Notes: generated by a model not told the origin, from the letters alone. Positions 1 to 11,947 are shown, counted from the first letter of the stretch. The stretch: 64,000 nucleotides of DNA from Candidatus Cloacimonadota bacterium (GCA_021735645.1 JAIPGP010000006.1:3634-67633); one strand, 5' to 3'. A program made the numbers and translations.

Positions 1-3000
1 TAAGAACCAGTTCCGTCCAGAACTACAATATCACCTTCATAAACTTCCTGATCTTCTCCAGCATTTGCCACAGGTGGAATATTTTCACCAGCCCCAGTTA
101 TTGCTGCTATTGGTAAAAGATTTGGAGGATAACCAATATCACCACCAGGATTAGTTAAAGTTGTATAGAAAACTGTATATATTGTATCTGCACTTGCATC
201 AAATACAAGAAAACCTACTGTTTCTTGCGACTCGCCCTGGATATTTATAGTTACAAGTGATTGACCACCTTCCTGACGAACATAACCTACTCCGCGACAT
301 TCGTCATTTACAAATGCACCTACAATATCTCCTATATTTGCAGGTTGCCCATCAATCGTAACATTTCCATAAGCTACTGTACTGTTTGTGAGATTAATCG
401 CAGTCCATCCAGGACCGTTATTTGCATTAACAACGGTTATATCAGATACTGATGTCACAGAATCTTCGACAGTGAATTCTATCGTCTCAACTACATTAGT
501 GGTTAATGATGTACTAAATGTTACTTCAAAACCAGTTATCTGTACTCCTATATCTACGGAAGGAATAGCACTCAAAATTAATTCATCTCCATCAACATCA
601 GAAACATAATTACTGAAATCTACTACCAGTTCTTCTCCCAGAATAAATGATATCGTTTCCGGAAGATTAATTACAGGTTCGTCATTTACTGGAGCAATAT
701 TTACTACAAAATCATCACTTACGCTATATTCGGAATCAAATGCTTCTACCTGGACTGCAGCTGAGCCATTCCAGTCAGCTACCGGTGAAATTGTTAAGAT
801 TTCTCCAGATAACTCAATAACTATCTGAGTCTCATTAGAAGTAATCTCGTATGTTAAAACATCCCCATCAACATCAACAATGTATTCTGCTAAATTTATC
901 ACAAATGGATCAAAATCTTCCAGAACGTCATAATCCAGAATATTCTCTACTATTTCCGGTGCGTCATTTATGGCGGTTATAGTAATCAATAAACTATCAC
1001 TAACCTCTTCACCATGTCCATCATTTGCTGTTACTACAAGCTCAGTAACTCCATTCCAGTTTAATACTGAAGATATAGTCAAGATATCTCCAGCTATCGA
1101 AGCAGCTACTTCCAGATCATTATATGCAACTGAATAATTCAAAACCGGGTCATTAGCATCACTGAAATGATTACTCAGAATGATGTTAAAATCATCAAAA
1201 TCCTCATTTCTGGGATAATCAAATAAGGGCAAAATCACTTCCGGAGAATAGTTTATTACATTGATGCTTCCCGATGTCAAATTAACAATCTCTGTGGTTT
1301 CATAACTAAATTCTGAAATATCAAGAGCAGAAATCCCCGCTGCTAAAGAGTTGAAATCAATCTTAATCAAAGCACCAACACCTTCAAGTGCTACTACTGA
1401 AGTTGCTGTAACTACGATATTATTGCCGTTATTTATGATATCTACCTCGGCTGATTCGGAAATAGTCTCTGCTAAGGAATACCCGATATATTCAACAAGA
1501 GAATTATCAAAATTCAAGGTAAAGCTGTAGCTGTTTACATCCCAGGCAAGTACAAGAGGAGTAGTTGAGACAATTGCTGTTCCAGAATCACCCAAATCAA
1601 TGTCTATATTATTTACTGCAATTTCTGATTCTTCCAGATTCCCAACCTGGCTGGAAACTGTAACATTCCAGGTAAAATCAGCTGTATATTCTCCATCATA
1701 AACTTCACCTATAACTATAAAATTACCAATCCCAAAATCATAGTCAAAGCTATTCAGTGCTGAACTGCTCTCCAGATTGTCATTTACATACCAATTATAG
1801 ATCAAGAGTGTATCATCTACATCTTCGGCTGTAATATCAAAAGTAATATTTATTGTAGTTGCCAAAGTATCTATCGTTTCATAAACATCTGGTAGTAAAG
1901 GGTTGTTGGCTATAATTACCGGTGCATCATTAACTTCTGATACAATTACATTGAAAGTCTGCTGGATTGCTCCACCATTATTATCATCAGCTGTCACACT
2001 TACTGTAGAAGTGCCATTCCAGTTCAATATTGAACTGATTCTCAGATAGGTGACATCTACGATCTCGGCATTAATTTCAGTATTTTCGAAAGTTATGTCA
2101 TAAGTTAATACATCACCATCAATATCTGTAAAATAATCATCCAAATTGAACTGGAAAGGATTGAAATCCTCAGAAACTTCATAATTGGTGATAACTTGGG
2201 ATACTTCAGGAGCATCATTTTCTGGTGTAACTGTAACAGTAAATGTGTCAGTCACAATCGCTCTATAATTATCATTTGCCGTTACTGTCACTTCTGTTGT
2301 ACCAAAGATATTTGCAATTGAGCTGATAGTCATTTCATTACCATTAATAGTTATCAATACTACAGCTTCATTATAATCTGCACTATAAGTTAATACATCA
2401 TCATTTGCATCTCTAAAATGAATATCAAGATCAATTACAATATCTTCAAAGTCTTCAAGTGAATCCCTGTCTGCCAATTCAAGAAAAACAACAGGAGCAA
2501 AATTCTCATATTCAATCGTAATGCTACCATCAGCAAGGTTTGTAATTTCATCAACTCCAAGTTGGAAATTATTCAAATCAAGAACCGTGTTGCCATTATT
2601 TGCAACTGGTGTAAATGTTATATATAATAATGCACCAGCACCACTGATATCTTCTGTACTTGTAAATTCAATGTAAAGTGAATCAGTTGAATTTGTTACA
2701 TTAATACTGCCTGGTTCTGAAATTGTCCCTGTAGTAGAATAATCTGTATAACTCACTACTGAACTGTCGTAATTTACAGATAAATGGTAACTGTCTATAT
2801 TCCATGCCGCTGAAATACCGGATTCTGTTTCAATAGCAATTTCTACTGGATTAACCTGATTTGTAGAATAATCACCAATAGAGAAATCAGTCTCTGATAT
2901 AGGAATTGTATAAGCCGCTATTGGTAATAAATTATCTGGTGATCCAATTTCATTTCCAGGACTTGTTATTGCTGTATAATCTACATTATAAGCCTGATTC

Positions 3001-6000
3001 GCACTGGCATCAAATACCTGGAAGTGGACCTGTTCAAACGCAATACCCTGAATGTTCATCGTCACTATTGTTCTGCCGGCATCATAAACCACTTCCTGAA
3101 ATGCCCGACATTCTTCACCAACAAATGCTCCTACGTAATCTCCAATTCCTGCCAGGTTATCATCAATAGTAACCAGCCCATAGGCAGTCGTACTATTCGT
3201 ATATATTACCAATTCCCAGTCTGGCCCTTCTGTTACGATGATTTCTACGTTATCACTTGCTTCCAGTGAATCATCACTAACTGTGAAAGTGATTTCCTCC
3301 ATCCCCGTCCAATCAACAGGTGCAGTAAATACAACTTCTAATCCACTAGTGATACCAACTGATATATTAGACGCTCCTGTCCAATTCAAAGATAATTCTG
3401 TGTTTGCACTTTCCACATCACTGATAAAATTGCCCAGGTCAATCGTTAAACCATCTCCATCATTTACAAGTATCGACATATTCTCTGGCAAGTCTATGAC
3501 TGGTCGATCATTTACAGGAGTTATTTCAATTTCAAATGTGTCACTTACTGCCGCAAAGTAACTATCTTCAGCAATGATTTCAATAATGGCAGTACCATTC
3601 CAGTTTTCTACTGGTGAAATTGTTAAAATTCCATCTTCTATCAGATATCCCACCTCACCACTTTGAATATTAGCTGAATAAGTCAGCGTGACATCATCAA
3701 CATCATCAAACATGCTATTCAAGTCAATTGTAAATTCATCAAAATCTTCTATCTTGCTGAAATTCTCAATTGGATCAATTAATACAGGTTCATCATTAAC
3801 TGCTGCTACTGTCACCTGTGAGACATCACTGATACTCTCTCCGTGACCATCATCTGCTGTAACTGTAAATTCTGCGATTCCATTCCAGTTTAAAACTGAT
3901 GAAACTGTTAATGTGTCATTACTTATAACTATTGCTATTTCAGCAGGATCGTAGACAGCAGAATAATTTAATTCTGCATCATTGGCATCACTGAAATGAT
4001 TACTTAAGATAATCTGAAAATCTAAGAAATCCTCGTTCCTGTTATAATCAAACAATGGCAAACTAACTACTGGGGCATAATTCACTACTGTCAAAGAACC
4101 ATTTGTTAAATCGCTAATATTCGTACCTTCATAATCAAAATTTGAGATAATCAAATCTGAAGTACCGGCAGCCAGACTGTTAAAGACAAGCTTGATCAAA
4201 GCTCCACCAGTATCAAAAACATTCTCACTTGTAACACTTACTCGAATACTATCTACATAATCATCTACCAGTATTTCTCTGCCCTCGGATAAAGTGTTTG
4301 TTATTTCATATCCTGTATAATCAACTAAATCACTATCAAAACTTAACGTGAAATTATAACCCGTTACTCCCCAGGCTGGTGCCAGTGGCGTGGTTGATAC
4401 TGTTACTGTCCCGGATTCCCCCAGATCAATTCCTATATTGTTTACTGTTATTGCCGCATCCTCTAGATTACCGGTAACACTAAACACAGATACATTCCAG
4501 GTTATGCTTGCCGTTTCCAGACCGTCTGTTACTTCACCCCTCACAGTATACTCACCAATCCCAAAATCATGATCAAAGTTAAAAGCAGATGAACTTAACT
4601 GCAAATCTCCATTAATATACCAGTTATAGGTTAATGTAATATCATCAACATCTGAAGCAGTAAGTTCAAAAGCAATGTTCGTGTCTACCTCTAATGGATC
4701 CAGGGTTTCATATACATCTATATCCGCGGGTAAATAAGATATAATCACTGGCCCATCATTAACTGGCTCAACTATTACATCAAAACTTTGATCTGTTAAA
4801 CCTCCATTACCATCATTAGCCGTCACAGTAAGTGTTGCTGTTCCATACCAGTCAGCAACTGAACTGATCCGAAGAGATACATCTTCAATTATTTCGGCTA
4901 ATACCTCAGTGCTATCAAAATTTACTGAATAACTCAATACATCTCCATCCACATCAGAAAAATAGCTGCTCAATCCAATCTGGAAAGGCAGAAAATCCTC
5001 TGCCCTGTACGCATCTGGAATAGCCGTCACAATAGATGGATCATCATTTTGCGACTCAACCGTAACAATAAATGTATCACTTACGGTTGCCCGATAATTA
5101 TCATTAGCTGTTACGATTACTTCCGTTGTGCCATACTGATTAAGAACAGAACTGATAGTCATTTGACTCCCGGCAATATCGACATTGATTTTAGCATTGT
5201 CTAATGCTGCTGTATAACTAAGCACATCACCATTTTCATCACTGAAATAGTTATTAAGATCTAATACAACGTCATCAAAATCTTCTAATAGAGGCTGATC
5301 AGGTAACGGCGGATCTTTAACTGTAGGTCCAAAATTCTCATAGACTACTGTGATGCTTCCATCAGTTGTACTAATGTTCTCACCACCCATTGAGAAATTA
5401 TACATATCTAAATTACTAAATCCATTATCTGTCACTGGCATAAAGGAAAGTTTTAATAAATCTCCACCACCACTAATTATTTCAGTATTACTATAACTAA
5501 TCTGCAGTAACCCTGCGATATCATCATTAACCGTCAAAGTTCCACCTTCTGAGATTGTTTCAGCTAAATTATAACCTGTATATTCCACCACACTATCATC
5601 GAAACTTAACGAAAAACTATACTCATTTATCAACCAGCCTGCCGAAATACCTGTTTCTGTTGAGATCGCCACTTCTACTGGTGTTACCTGATTTACTGTA
5701 TAATCTGTAATATAGAAATCCGCATCAGCCAAAGGTATTGACTCTGCCGCTATTGGCAATAAGTTGTCAGGAGGTTGCCCAATTGAAAATCCAGGATTAG
5801 TCTGGGTAAAATATTCTACATTATAAACCTGATTGGCACTGGCATCATAAACCCTGAAATTCACGGTCTCTACTGTGCCACCCTGAATATTTATTGTTGC
5901 TATTGTGATATTCTCTTCCACCTGTAATTCTACTTCCAGCATTCCACGACACTCTGAACCCACAAAAGCTCCCACATAATCTCCAATACCGGCGGGTTGA

Positions 6001-9000
6001 CCATCAATTGTTACTTCCGTATAGGCAATTGTTGAATTACTGTAGGTAATCGGATTCCAACCAGGTCCCTCTGCAACAATCACTTCAACGATATCATAAG
6101 AACTATCAGTTTCGTCGGATACTGTAAAAGTTACATTCTCAGAACCAGTCCATCCCTCAGGGGCTGTAATTGTAACAACCGAATCTTGTATTGTAATCAT
6201 GAGATTAATATTACCACTCCAGTCAATTGTCAACAAACTATCAGCACTTTCTACATCACTGATAAATCCTGACATATTCAATTCTAACCCATCACCATCG
6301 TCACTTAAAAAAGCTACATTATCCGGTAAGTTGATTACCGGAGCATCATTTACAGGAGTTACATCGATATTGAATTCATCAGTTACACTGGCTCCGTTAT
6401 CATCTTCAGCTTTCACCTGCACCGTTGCAGTACCATACCAGTTCTCTACCGATGAAATGGATAAGATACTGCCTGTTATTTCAAGTGCTAATTCTCCGTC
6501 TGTAAGAATACTGGTATATGTCAATGTATTATCCTCAACATCAAAGAAAACACTGTCTAATTCTACTGTGAAAGTCGCAAAATCTTCCAGCCTTGTCTTG
6601 TCTTCTATCTGACTGACGATTACAGGTATATCATTATCTGAAATTACAGTTACTAAAAATTCATCCTGGACAGATTGTAAGTATTCATCAGTGGCAGTTA
6701 CTGTCACTGATGATTCGCCAAACCAGTTCTCTATAGATGATATTGTTAATTCACCGGTTGCTTCATTTAATGATACATAAATTTCTGTAGAATCATTGCT
6801 TATTACATAGCTCAAAACATCACCATTGGGATCACTAAAATGATCGTCAAGATCAAAACTGAAATCTGCAAAATCCTCGGTTCTAGTATAATCTTCTATA
6901 ATCGCGCTCACTACCGGAGCATCATTTAATATTGTTATTGTTCCATTAGTTATTGTTGTAATAGGTGTTTCATTGAAGAAGAAATTTGATATTGTCAGTA
7001 TTGTAACTCCTGGCTCAAGAGTACTGAATGTCAATCCGGCTACCGCTCCTGCTCCTGTCAGATCCCCACCAGTATAACTAACTGAAATACTGTCTCCATA
7101 ATCCATTACATCAAAGTCCCCACCAGAGGATACAATACCTTCTGATATTGATATGTAATCTACAAATGCGCTGTTAAATCCCAGTGTAAAACTAAATGAG
7201 GTCACTCCCCAGCTTTCATCCAGATAACTTGTCAATATATTTGAACTGAAATTATTCCCGTTATGAACTGTTTTGTTTAGAATTGAGATCTGTGACTCTT
7301 CCAAGGTGGCACTGCCTACATAAGCAAATACATCCCAGATTATTACAACTGGATATTCTCCATCAGAAACTGCTGCTTTTACTGAATAATTTCCATTTTC
7401 GGTGAAGGTGTAGCTAAAGCTGCTGCTTATTTCTGGCTGTTCGTCTTCATCCACATACCAGCTATATACAAGACTTTCCGGTGCTGTATCAATATCTTCA
7501 ACTGTTATACTAAATAGTTGAAGGCTATCTAACGGTGCGTTAATATTTAAATCTTCAGGAAAATAAGATGTAATCTCAGGTGCATCATTCACCGCTGTCA
7601 CTATCACTAATACACTGTCACTTGCTACTGCTCTTCCCTGACTGTCATCTACTGTAAAGGTGATTATCTCACTGCCATTCCAATCGGGTACAGAACTGAA
7701 ACTTACTTCAAATCCATCAATTATCACTATGATGCTATCGTTACCAGTTGCACCTAAACTTAAGACATCTTCATCAATATCACTCACAAAAACTGAAAAA
7801 TCTTCTACAAGCGATTCATCTTCCAAAAATGTTAAGGAATCCGGTAACGCTATCACTGGTATATCATTTACAGGAGTTATTTCAACCATAAATGTATCTG
7901 AAACAGTTACATTGTAAGCATCTTCAGCTGTAACCACTACTTCTGTGCTGCCATTCCAGTTTTCTATCGACGATATTGTCATCTCTGAGCCATCTATTAA
8001 AATTCCTATTTCTGTGGCTGTATATTCTGCACTATATAATAACACATCTCCATTACGATCAGCAAAGTGATCATCCAGATCAATTACGTATTCTGTGAAA
8101 TCCTCAGGGTTACTCTGATCCGGTATAGGCAATTCTACAGTTGGTGCAAAATTCTGGTAAGTTATTGTTACTGTCCCTGCCTGAAGATTCGTTATTCCGG
8201 TAGTGTTATACACAAAATTGGCTGGTGTCACTAACGTCGTCGTATCTGCAGTTATACCTTCTACAATATCAAAACTTACTGCCAGCATTTCTCCCACATC
8301 AAATATAAAATCAGGTGACGGTGAATTAATAGTAAAACTTACTACTCCCAATTCTTCATCTATTCCAATTCCTGCATCTTCCACTACGGTATCCCCGCTT
8401 GAATAACCACTATAATTAAGTATTGAAGCATCATAGAGCAGATCAAATTCTATGCTTGTTACTTCCCAGCTTAAACCAATTCCTATATCATTAGTAACAT
8501 GTAATGTTACTCCATCCTTCTGATTACTTGCGGCATCACTCACACTGATCGCACTGTCAGTTATTAAAGGAGTCTCTCCATCAATATCAAATGCTCCTAT
8601 TGCCACGTTGGGAATTGTTACAGTTGTAAAAGCTACATCGCAGATTATTCCCTCAGAAGCGTCATATACTTTGAAATTTACTTCTTCAGCAGAACCACCT
8701 ATCCCTATCACTATTGTCAAATATGCTATTCCTTCTTCTACATTAACTTCCTGAAGTCCCCGGCACTCTCCTTCATAGAATGCCCCCACAATGTCTCCGT
8801 GCCTTGCCATTGTGCCATCTATTGTTACTATACCTAGAACTGTTCCAGATGATGTATATGTTACGCGATCCCATCCGGGTCCATTTACTACTGTTACCAA
8901 TACCTGGTCGCTTACTATTGAACGCCCAGCCTGATCATTAACATAAAATGTTAAATTCTCATAACCAGTCCAGTCTGGTCCAGCCTCAAATAATACTTCA

Positions 9001-11759
9001 AAATCATTAATTGTTACATTAACATTAACATCATTTTCAACTGTTAAGATCAATTCATCGGCATCAACATCACTCATATATTCACTGAAATCAATTATTA
9101 ATGAACCATTCTTTAAAAATGAAAAAGACTCTGGTAAATCAAACACCGGATCATCATTAACAGGGGTTACTTCTATATTAAAACTCTCTGTCACACTTGC
9201 ACCATCATCATCGGTTGCCATCACTTCCACTGTCACGTCTCCATACCATTGCGCTACTGAACCTATCGATAAGATACTGCCCGTAATATCTAAAGTTACT
9301 TCGCCTGAAACTAAATTCTCCTGATAATCCAGATTATTATCCTCAACATCAAAGAAAACACTGTCTAATTCTACCGTGAAAGTTGCAAAATCTTCCACCT
9401 TCGTGAAATTTCCTATATTATTGACTATAATCGGCAGATCGTTGTCTGAACTCACTATTACAGAAAATGCTTCTTGAACGAATGCGGCATATTCATCAGT
9501 AGCTGTCACCGTCACTGTTGAAGTGCCAAACCAGTTCAATATCGATGAAATAGTTATCTGACCATTAACTTCATTCAAAATTATTCCTATTTGTGTACTA
9601 TCAAAAACAGCTGAATAACTCAAGGAATCTCCGTTTGGATCATTAAAATGATCATCAAGATCAAAACTGAAATCTATAAAATCCTCATTCTTCGGTTTAT
9701 TTTCTATCTCCAAACTCACTATAGGAGCATCATTCACTACTTCCAAATTTCCGTTCGTCAGCTCTGTTATACCTGTCAAATTGTACTGAAAATTTGTGAT
9801 AGCCATGACTGTAGTTCCCGGCTCTAAGGTGTTAAAAGTTAATTCTGCTATTGCACCAGCTCCAACCACGCTACCTCCGCTATATGACACATTGATTGAA
9901 CCACCAGTACCTGTTAAGGAAAAACTTCCACCCGTTGATACAACTCCATTAGTAATAGAAGAATACTCAACCAGAGTGCTGTCAAAGGCTAAATTAAAAC
10001 TATATGATGTCACCCCCCAGTCTTCATTGATATTACTTGTTAAAATATCAAAGCTGAAACCTGCACCATTATGTACCGTCTTATTAAGTATCGATATCTG
10101 GGCACCATCAAGTGTGGCACTACCTATATAGGCAAACACATTCCAGGTGAATTCGGCTGTATATTCTCCATCATAAACCTCACCCCTTACGGTATAATTG
10201 GCACTTTCTGTAAATATATGATTGAAACTACTACCGGTCTCTCCAATCTGCTCAAATTCATCTATAAACCAGCTATAAACAAGATCACCACTATCTGTAT
10301 CAATATCTGTTACTGTAATGCTGAATAACTGCAGACTATCAACTGATACATTAACATCGAGATTTTCAGGACTGTTTGCTGTAATCACAGGTGCATCATT
10401 CACAGGCGTTACGATCACCTCTACTGAGTCAGTGCCAGTTGAACGACTTCGTCCATCATCAACCGTGAAATATACTATCTCACTACTATTCCAGTCTGCC
10501 AGTGCTCCAAAAGTGACAGTATATCCAACTATGTTAACTGTTACATTTACATTTTCGGATACTGTTAAAGAAGGAGTTCCTCCATCCACATCACTTATAT
10601 AGCTTGTGAAATCTACTTCTAAATTACCATCCTCTTCAAAACCGAAACTCGGCGGCAAATCTATCACAGGATCATCATTAACTGAAGCAATCACAATATC
10701 AAATGTGTCACTTACTGTTGCCGAATACAAATCTGTGGCAGTAATTATCACCGTTGTCTCTCCATACCAGTTTTCTATTGCACTTAATGTCATTATGGAA
10801 TCATTGATTGTTAGACCTATTTCTGTATCATCGTAAATTCCATTATAGCTTAATTCATCATTATTTTCATCACTGAAAAAAGAATTTAAATTAATATCAT
10901 ATGCAGTAAAATCTTCATCAATTTCCTGAGTAGGAATGCCTATAGCAACAGGAGGAAAATTCTCATAGGTGATTACAGCCTCACCATCATTCAAAGTCGT
11001 GATAGAATATACTGTTTCACCGGTATCTGTGTAATTGAAATTCTGCAGATCAAGTGCACTGCTACCCCCAATTCCCTGGGGAGAAAAGGTTAATCCAATA
11101 ATTGGATCAACACCAGAGATTGTCGTCCCTGAAGTAATGGTTACAATTATTGGTGATGATGTCCCAGTCACATTTATTTCGCTACCTGCAGATAGCATAT
11201 CAGCAGCGCTGTAACCTGAAAACTCCAATAGCGCATCTGTATAATGTACTTCAAATTCTATTTCCTTTATATTCCAGTCAACTGCAATTCCCTGATAACT
11301 CTCTACCTCAACAGTAAAATCTGTTACCTGGTTTCCAGCAGTACTTCCCAATGTTATCTCGGAATCTAATATCTCGGGAGTTATTCCATATAAATCTTCA
11401 TTGAAATCCCCCATACCGTGTGTTACTTCAAATGTCCCTGGCACGTCACAAATTACATCATTGCTGGCATCCCAGATACGAAATTTGAGAATTTCAGTTT
11501 CAAAAGTATTCCCTTGAATTGTTACCCCTTGCAATCTGCCAATGTCAACGCTGGAAGGATATCCAAGCATACGACACTCATCTCCTACAAAAGCTCCTAC
11601 CAAATCTGCTGATGTAGCAAGCACACTGTCTATTCGGATGTAACAATCAAGGTCTGTACCCAATCCAGTATAAACCACAACATTCCAATCTGGTGCTGCA
11701 ATTAAATATGACATTGTAAATAAAATAAAAATCACTGTTGCCAAGCGTAAAGGACTCAT
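1..11759 (-). CDS. Giant secreted scaffoldin-like surface protein (>3919 aa, 3' end beyond window): 8 cohesin-like domains, cadherin/tandem-95-like repeats, 5 'GAFV..ECRG' modules, PKD-like domain at window edge
   Basis: Not in the ORF track because there is no stop in the window. ATG at 11759 with GGAGG RBS (cctcc 11766-11770) gives MSPLRLATVIFILFTMSYLIAAPDWNVVVY (signal peptide). The frame at positions 1-80 (IPPVANAGEDQEVYEGDIVVLDGTGS) is the same frame. Spot translations throughout show VNDAP/EDF..F.DxDxD repeats and W.V.SY.F.L.FD...Y.G cohesin-like motifs. Confidence 0.9.
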   Translation of the reverse strand, partial: MSPLRLATVIFILFTMSYLIAAPDWNVVVYTGLGTDLDCYIRIDSVLATSADLVGAFVGDECRMLGYPSSVDIGRLQGVTIQGNTFETEILKFRIWDASNDVICDVPGTFEVTHGMGDFNEDLYGITPEILDSEITLGSTAGNQVTDFTVEVESYQGIAVDWNIKEIEFEVHYTDALLEFSGYSAADMLSAGSEINVTGTSSPIIVTITSGTTISGVDPIIGLTFSPQGIGGSSALDLQNFNYTDTGETVYSITTLNDGEAVITYENFPPVAIGIPTQEIDEDFTAYDINLNSFFSDENNDELSYNGIYDDTEIGLTINDSIMTLSAIENWYGETTVIITATDLYSATVSDTFDIVIASVNDDPVIDLPPSFGFEEDGNLEVDFTSYISDVDGGTPSLTVSENVNVTVNIVGYTVTFGALADWNSSEIVYFTVDDGRSRSTGTDSVEVIVTPVNDAPVITANSPENLDVNVSVDSLQLFSITVTDIDTDSGDLVYSWFIDEFEQIGETGSSFNHIFTESANYTVRGEVYDGEYTAEFTWNVFAYIGSATLDGAQISILNKTVHNGAGFSFDILTSNINEDWGVTSYSFNLAFDSTLVEYSSITNGVVSTGGSFSLTGTGGSINVSYSGGSVVGAGAIAELTFNTLEPGTTVMAITNFQYNLTGITELTNGNLEVVNDAPIVSLEIENKPKNEDFIDFSFDLDDHFNDPNGDSLSYSAVFDSTQIGIILNEVNGQITISSILNWFGTSTVTVTATDEYAAFVQEAFSVIVSSDNDLPIIVNNIGNFTKVEDFATFTVELDSVFFDVEDNNLDYQENLVSGEVTLDITGSILSIGSVAQWYGDVTVEVMATDDDGASVTESFNIEVTPVNDDPVFDLPESFSFLKNGSLIIDFSEYMSDVDADELILTVENDVNVNVTINDFEVLFEAGPDWTGYENLTFYVNDQAGRSIVSDQVLVTVVNGPGWDRVTYTSSGTVLGIVTIDGTMARHGDIVGAFYEGECRGLQEVNVEEGIAYLTIVIGIGGSAEEVNFKVYDASEGIICDVAFTTVTIPNVAIGAFDIDGETPLITDSAISVSDAASNQKDGVTLHVTNDIGIGLSWEVTSIEFDLLYDASILNYSGYSSGDTVVEDAGIGIDEELGVVSFTINSPSPDFIFDVGEMLAVSFDIVEGITADTTTLVTPANFVYNTTGITNLQAGTVTITYQNFAPTVELPIPDQSNPEDFTEYVIDLDDHFADRNGDVLLYSAEYTATEIGILIDGSEMTISSIENWNGSTEVVVTAEDAYNVTVSDTFMVEITPVNDIPVIALPDSLTFLEDESLVEDFSVFVSDIDEDVLSLGATGNDSIIVIIDGFEVSFSSVPDWNGSEIITFTVDDSQGRAVASDSVLVIVTAVNDAPEITSYFPEDLNINAPLDSLQLFSITVEDIDTAPESLVYSWYVDEDEQPEISSSFSYTFTENGNYSVKAAVSDGEYPVVIIWDVFAYVGSATLEESQISILNKTVHNGNNFSSNILTSYLDESWGVTSFSFTLGFNSAFVDYISISEGIVSSGGDFDVMDYGDSISVSYTGGDLTGAGAVAGLTFSTLEPGVTILTISNFFFNETPITTITNGTITILNDAPVVSAIIEDYTRTEDFADFSFDLDDHFSDPNGDVLSYVISNDSTEIYVSLNEATGELTISSIENWFGESSVTVTATDEYLQSVQDEFLVTVISDNDIPVIVSQIEDKTRLEDFATFTVELDSVFFDVEDNTLTYTSILTDGELALEITGSILSISSVENWYGTATVQVKAEDDNGASVTDEFNIDVTPVNDAPVINLPDNVAFLSDDGDGLELNMSGFISDVESADSLLTIDWSGNINLMITIQDSVVTITAPEGWTGSENVTFTVSDETDSSYDIVEVIVAEGPGWNPITYSNSTIAYTEVTIDGQPAGIGDYVGAFVGSECRGMLEVELQVEENITIATINIQGGTVETVNFRVYDASANQVYNVEYFTQTNPGFSIGQPPDNLLPIAAESIPLADADFYITDYTVNQVTPVEVAISTETGISAGWLINEYSFSLSFDDSVVEYTGYNLAETISEGGTLTVNDDIAGLLQISYSNTEIISGGGDLLKLSFMPVTDNGFSNLDMYNFSMGGENISTTDGSITVVYENFGPTVKDPPLPDQPLLEDFDDVVLDLNNYFSDENGDVLSYTAALDNAKINVDIAGSQMTISSVLNQYGTTEVIVTANDNYRATVSDTFIVTVESQNDDPSIVTAIPDAYRAEDFLPFQIGLSSYFSDVDGDVLSYSVNFDSTEVLAEIIEDVSLRISSVADWYGTATLTVTANDGNGGLTDQSFDVIVEPVNDGPVIISYLPADIDVYETLDPLEVDTNIAFELTASDVDDITLTYNWYINGDLQLSSSAFNFDHDFGIGEYTVRGEVTDGLETASITWNVSVFSVTGNLEDAAITVNNIGIDLGESGTVTVSTTPLAPAWGVTGYNFTLSFDSDLVDYTGYEITNTLSEGREILVDDYVDSIRVSVTSENVFDTGGALIKLVFNSLAAGTSDLIISNFDYEGTNISDLTNGSLTVVNYAPVVSLPLFDYNRNEDFLDFQIILSNHFSDANDAELNYSAVYDPAEIAIVISNDTLTVSSVLNWNGIAEFTVTADDGHGESISDVSQVTVAAVNDEPVLIDPIENFSKIEDFDEFTIDLNSMFDDVDDVTLTYSANIQSGEVGYLIEDGILTISPVENWNGTAIIEIIAEDSYFAAVSDTFEIEITPVNDRPVIDLPENMSILVNDGDGLTIDLGNFISDVESANTELSLNWTGASNISVGITSGLEVVFTAPVDWTGMEEITFTVSDDSLEASDNVEIIVTEGPDWELVIYTNSTTAYGLVTIDDNLAGIGDYVGAFVGEECRAFQEVVYDAGRTIVTMNIQGIAFEQVHFQVFDASANQAYNVDYTAITSPGNEIGSPDNLLPIAAYTIPISETDFSIGDYSTNQVNPVEIAIETESGISAAWNIDSYHLSVNYDSSVVSYTDYSTTGTISEPGSINVTNSTDSLYIEFTSTEDISGAGALLYITFTPVANNGNTVLDLNNFQLGVDEITNLADGSITIEYENFAPVVFLELADRDSLEDFEDIVIDLDIHFRDANDDVLTYSADYNEAVVLITINGNEMTISSIANIFGTTEVTVTANDNYRAIVTDTFTVTVTPENDAPEVSQVITNYEVSEDFNPFQFNLDDYFTDIDGDVLTYDITFENTEINAEIVDVTYLRISSILNWNGTSTVSVTADDNNGGAIQQTFNVIVSEVNDAPVIIANNPLLPDVYETIDTLATTINITFDITAEDVDDTLLIYNWYVNDNLESSSALNSFDYDFGIGNFIVIGEVYDGEYTADFTWNVTVSSQVGNLEESEIAVNNIDIDLGDSGTAIVSTTPLVLAWDVNSYSFTLNFDNSLVEYIGYSLAETISESAEVDIINNGNNIVVTATSVVALEGVGALIKIDFNSLAAGISALDISEFSYETTEIVNLTSGSINVINYSPEVILPLFDYPRNEDFDDFNIILSNHFSDANDPVLNYSVAYNDLEVAASIAGDILTISSVLNWNGVTELVVTANDGHGEEVSDSLLITITAINDAPEIVENILDYDVLEDFDPFVINLAEYIVDVDGDVLTYEITSNETQIVIELSGEILTISPVADWNGSAAVQVEAFDSEYSVSDDFVVNIAPVNDEPVINLPETISFILGEELVVDFSNYVSDVDGDELILSAIPSVDIGVQITGFEVTFSTSLTTNVVETIEFTVEDSVTSVSDITVVNANNGPGWTAINLTNSTVAYGNVTIDGQPANIGDIVGAFVNDECRGVGYVRQEGGQSLVTINIQGESQETVGFLVFDASADTIYTVFYTTLTNPGGDIGYPPNLLPIAAITGAGENIPPVANAGEDQEVYEGDIVVLDGTGS

Positions 11760-11892
11760 AAAACGCCTCCCATATATATCTTTTCTTTTTTTATCGCTCA
11801 ATAATATTTTCATTTCTTTTCTCTTCTTTTTCTTATAATTCATTTGTTCTCTTTTTATATTTTATCCTGATTCTAGCTCGTTTTTTAATATT

Positions 11893-11936
11893 TTCCCGGT
11901 CTCAAAAGCTCCGGGAACGGCTTAGCCGCTCCCGGA
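11893..11936 (-). terminator. Intergenic GC-rich stem-loop (terminator or mRNA-stabilising hairpin) between the two scaffold genes
   Basis: Minus-strand tccgggagcggc-taa-gccgttcccgga followed by gctttt, just downstream of the stop at 11948. An alternative pairing ttcccgg/ccgggaa is also present. Confidence 0.7.
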
Positions 11937-11947
11937 TTATTATAAGG

